From a virus (Duplodnaviria; Caudoviricetes): a DNA stretch of 64,000 nucleotides. Each line of letters opens with the position of its first letter. The stretch's first letter is position 1. Positions 61,456 to 64,000 of the stretch are shown here, in pieces. The notes beneath the pieces were generated by a model. The model saw only the letters and a program-made list of their open reading frames with translations, did no database searches and was not told the DNA's origin. The stretch lies in IMG/VR virus record IMGVR_UViG_2861229971_000004. One strand, written 5' to 3'. A program made the translations under genes and the position numbers.

Positions 61456-62780
61456 TGGATCAGCGTCCAAATCCCGTCCGCCGCCAGCGCTGCGCTATCT
61501 ACACGCGCAAGTCGTCCGAGGAAGGGCTGGAGCAGGAGTTCAACAGCCTGCACGCCCAACGAGAGGCCTGCGAGGCCTACATCGCCAGCCAACGCTCCGA
61601 GGGCTGGGTGCTGGTCCGCGATCAGTATGACGACGGCGGCATCTCGGGCGGGACGCTGGAACGGCCCGGCCTCAAGCAGCTTCTGGCCGACATTGAGGAC
61701 GGCCTGATCGATGTGGTGGTCGTCTACAAGATCGACCGCCTGTCGAGGTCGCTGATGGACTTCTCGAAGCTGGTCGAGGTCTTCGACCGCAACGGCGTGA
61801 CTTTCGTGTCGGTCACGCAGTCCTTCAACACCACCACGTCCATGGGGCGCCTGACGCTGAATATCCTGCTCAGCTTCGCGCAGTTCGAGCGCGAGGTCAC
61901 GGCCGAGCGCATCCGGGACAAGGTCCGCGCCTCCCGCATGAAGGGCATGTGGATGGGCGGCTATGTCCCGCTCGGGTACGATGTGAAGGACCGCAAGCTC
62001 GTGGTGAATGAAGACGAGGCTGCCACCGTGCGGGGCATCTTCGAGAGGTTCGTCGAGGTCGGATCAGCGACCGTGCTGGCCCGCGAACTGCGCCGCAAAG
62101 GGCTCCGCAACAAGCAGGGCACCTTGGTCGACAAGGGATATCTCTACAGAGTGCTGGTGAACCGCGTCTATCGCGGCGAGGCGGTCCACAAGGGCAAGGC
62201 CTATCCCGGCGAGCATCAGGCCATCATCGACGAGCAGCTGTGGGATCAGGTCCATGCCATCTTGCGGCAGAATCCGCGAAAGCGCGCCAACAACACCCGC
62301 GCGCAGGCGCCAGCGCTGCTCAAGGGGCTGATCTTCACGGCCACGGGCGCCGCCATGACCCCGAGCAGCACGAAGAAGGGCGCGCGGCGATACCGGTACT
62401 ACGTCTCGATGGACGTCATCAAAAACCGCGAACCCAGCGATGAAGGCATCCCGCGCCGTCTTCCTGCCGACCTCGTGGAAGCGGCCGTGGTGACCGAGTT
62501 GCGGCGGGTGATGCGCGCGCCCTCGATCACGGCGCAGGTCATCGCCCACTTGGCGCGCGAGGGTCACGTCTTCGCCGAGGCCGACGTGATCTCCGCGCTG
62601 CAAACGTTCGATGACGTCTGGGGCCAGCTGTTCCCTGCAGAGCAGACCCGGATCGTGCAGTTGCTGGTGCGCCGGGTCACCGTGACGTCCGAGGGACTGG
62701 TGATCGATGTCCGGACCGACGGCGTCTCCGGCGTCATGCGCGACATGATGGCGCCACGAAAGAAGGTGGCGGCGGAATGA
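61452..62780 (+). CDS. Large serine recombinase (integrase)
   Basis: CAIYTRKSS (catalytic Ser), SGGTLERPGL, VYKIDRLSR, FAQFERE, recombinase domain. Confidence 0.95.
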   Translation: MMDQRPNPVRRQRCAIYTRKSSEEGLEQEFNSLHAQREACEAYIASQRSEGWVLVRDQYDDGGISGGTLERPGLKQLLADIEDGLIDVVVVYKIDRLSRSLMDFSKLVEVFDRNGVTFVSVTQSFNTTTSMGRLTLNILLSFAQFEREVTAERIRDKVRASRMKGMWMGGYVPLGYDVKDRKLVVNEDEAATVRGIFERFVEVGSATVLARELRRKGLRNKQGTLVDKGYLYRVLVNRVYRGEAVHKGKAYPGEHQAIIDEQLWDQVHAILRQNPRKRANNTRAQAPALLKGLIFTATGAAMTPSSTKKGARRYRYYVSMDVIKNREPSDEGIPRRLPADLVEAAVVTELRRVMRAPSITAQVIAHLAREGHVFAEADVISALQTFDDVWGQLFPAEQTRIVQLLVRRVTVTSEGLVIDVRTDGVSGVMRDMMAPRKKVAAE

Positions 62781-63160
62781 TGAAACCCGACGACTCCATC
62801 CAGATCTTCGTGCCGCTCAAGGTTCGCAAGCAGAACGGGCGGCCAAAGATCATGCCGCCCGCCACCTATCTGCCCAGCGAAGACCGGACGCAGGATCCGC
62901 ATATCCTGCGCGCCATCGGCCGGGCGTGGGGCTGGCGGCGGCGCATGGAGGCTGGTGAATTCAACACGGTCACCGATCTGGCGAAAGCCGTAGGGCTTGC
63001 CGAACGCCATGTCAGCCGACAGCTGCGGCTCGCCTATCTCGCGCCAGGTGTCCTCAAGCGACTGGTCTACAAGCGCGAGGTGCCTGCCGTGACCCTGTTG
63101 AAACTGACCGATGTCGCGGCCCTGCCATGGCACGAACAGCCGGGGCAGGTGTTCGACTGA
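62777..63160 (+). CDS. Recombinase-associated HTH protein (127 aa)
   Basis: TVTDLAKAVGLAERHVSRQLRLAYLAP; coupled to the recombinase stop. Confidence 0.75.
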   Translation: MMKPDDSIQIFVPLKVRKQNGRPKIMPPATYLPSEDRTQDPHILRAIGRAWGWRRRMEAGEFNTVTDLAKAVGLAERHVSRQLRLAYLAPGVLKRLVYKREVPAVTLLKLTDVAALPWHEQPGQVFD

Positions 63161-63163
63161 GCC

Positions 63164-64000
63164 TCAGTGAAAGCTCGCCTGAAACGTCGTCGCGGTCAGC
63201 GAGACATGCGCGTCCAGCGGCGGGTGCAGTTCGAATGCCTTCGGCTCGCGTGAGAAATTCCACAGCCGGAACAGGCGCCATTCCGACCGGCGCTCCTCGG
63301 CCACGGCCAACTCGTTGCGGGTGATGTGGAAGGGCGTGCGCTCCCATCCGTTCGTCGTCTTGACCTCGATCAGCCGCGGGAACCCGTCCGGAGCGAAACT
63401 CGCAATGTCGTAGCCCGCGCCGTCGCCATCCTCCTCCGACACCCAGCGCACCTTGCGCGCCAGATCGTCACGTCCTGCCGTCCGCAATGCCGCGCGCTCA
63501 TGCGCCAACACACGCTCCTCGCCCGCGCGCCCGAGGGCCCGGTTGCGCTCGTCCCGGCCCGCCACGTCGAACTTGCGGGCGATGTGCAGCATCTGGTCCA
63601 GGTCCTGCGGCGGCGGCTGGTTCGACAGCGTCGGCGGCGGTCCGATCCAGATCTGCGCTGCCTCGCGCAGGCCAGCGGCGGTTCGCAGCCTCGGTTGGCG
63701 CCCGAGCCAGGCCGGGTTCAGCGCCAGCCACCGCGCCACGGCGTCCACCAAGGTCATCTGGAAGTTGAACGCGGGCTTGTAACCGGGGATCCAGTCCTCG
63801 CCGAGGCCCTTCAGCACCGCACTGATGTTCTGGTGCTTGAACTCGACAGACCCCTCGGACCGGTCGTTCAGCAGCGGCAGCAACGCGCGACGGTGTTCGG
63901 CCTTGCTGTAGCGGCGCGCGGAGATGTCGTCGGCCAGCATCGCGAAGTAATCCGCGACGATCAGGTCATTCTCTTCATCCGTCCAGGGCCCGTTCGACAT
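63164..64000 (-). CDS. DUF3883 (NO VEIN C-terminal, PD-(D/E)XK-like) protein
   Basis: GRAGEERV, DGAGYDIASF, LIEVKTT, F.ITRNE; the ATG is the last codon of the window. Confidence 0.85.
   Translation of the reverse strand: MSNGPWTDEENDLIVADYFAMLADDISARRYSKAEHRRALLPLLNDRSEGSVEFKHQNISAVLKGLGEDWIPGYKPAFNFQMTLVDAVARWLALNPAWLGRQPRLRTAAGLREAAQIWIGPPPTLSNQPPPQDLDQMLHIARKFDVAGRDERNRALGRAGEERVLAHERAALRTAGRDDLARKVRWVSEEDGDGAGYDIASFAPDGFPRLIEVKTTNGWERTPFHITRNELAVAEERRSEWRLFRLWNFSREPKAFELHPPLDAHVSLTATTFQASFH

Larger units (their letters stand above)
20715..63160. mobile_element. Serine-recombinase prophage (siphovirus-like, lambda-type head, GTA-type tail tip); exact att sites not located
   Basis: Contiguous tail, lysis, head, packaging, methylase, replication and regulatory genes on the - strand, with DUF2924 and a recombinase on the + strand. 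Confidence 0.9.

Noticed and set aside
1-64000. attL/attR, tRNA, rRNA or CRISPR arrays
   Set aside because: None could be identified by eye. Serine-integrase att sites share only short cores and need an empty-site comparison.

Overview
Two juxtaposed accessory blocks in what looks like a high-GC alphaproteobacterial (Rhodobacteraceae-like) chromosome. (1) 1.2-20.5 kb: a compositionally distinct nine-gene anti-phage-type island built as two convergent operons, each headed by a small excisionase-like HTH gene. The + operon is HTH, MORC/GHKL ATPase, DruA-like (DUF4338-type), a ~1000-aa unknown and an SNF2 helicase. The - operon is HTH, a 2054-aa DruE-like SF2 helicase with DUF1998/MZB, a NERD nuclease-UvrD-like helicase and a ~336-aa unknown. 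It is Druantia-related but does not match the canonical gene sets I know, and it has no methyltransferase. (2) 20.7-63.2 kb: an apparently complete serine-recombinase prophage with a lambda-like packaging/head module, a GTA-like tail tip, a lysis cassette embedded in the tail genes, and a replication/recombination module. Standout details: a C5 DNA methyltransferase written as two ~395-aa proteins in overlapping frames of the same DNA, with the hidden partner carrying five WPTP TRD-like repeats and motif IX; a transposase-free merR-(dead merT)-merA cassette inside the late operon; a bipartite motif TGTCCCG-N14-RTGGCTTTT found at three intergenic sites; a -1 frameshift site in the tail chaperone; and candidate cos and ori regions. 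No rRNA, tRNA or CRISPR array was seen. Domain and family names come from motif recognition and recall, not from database searches.
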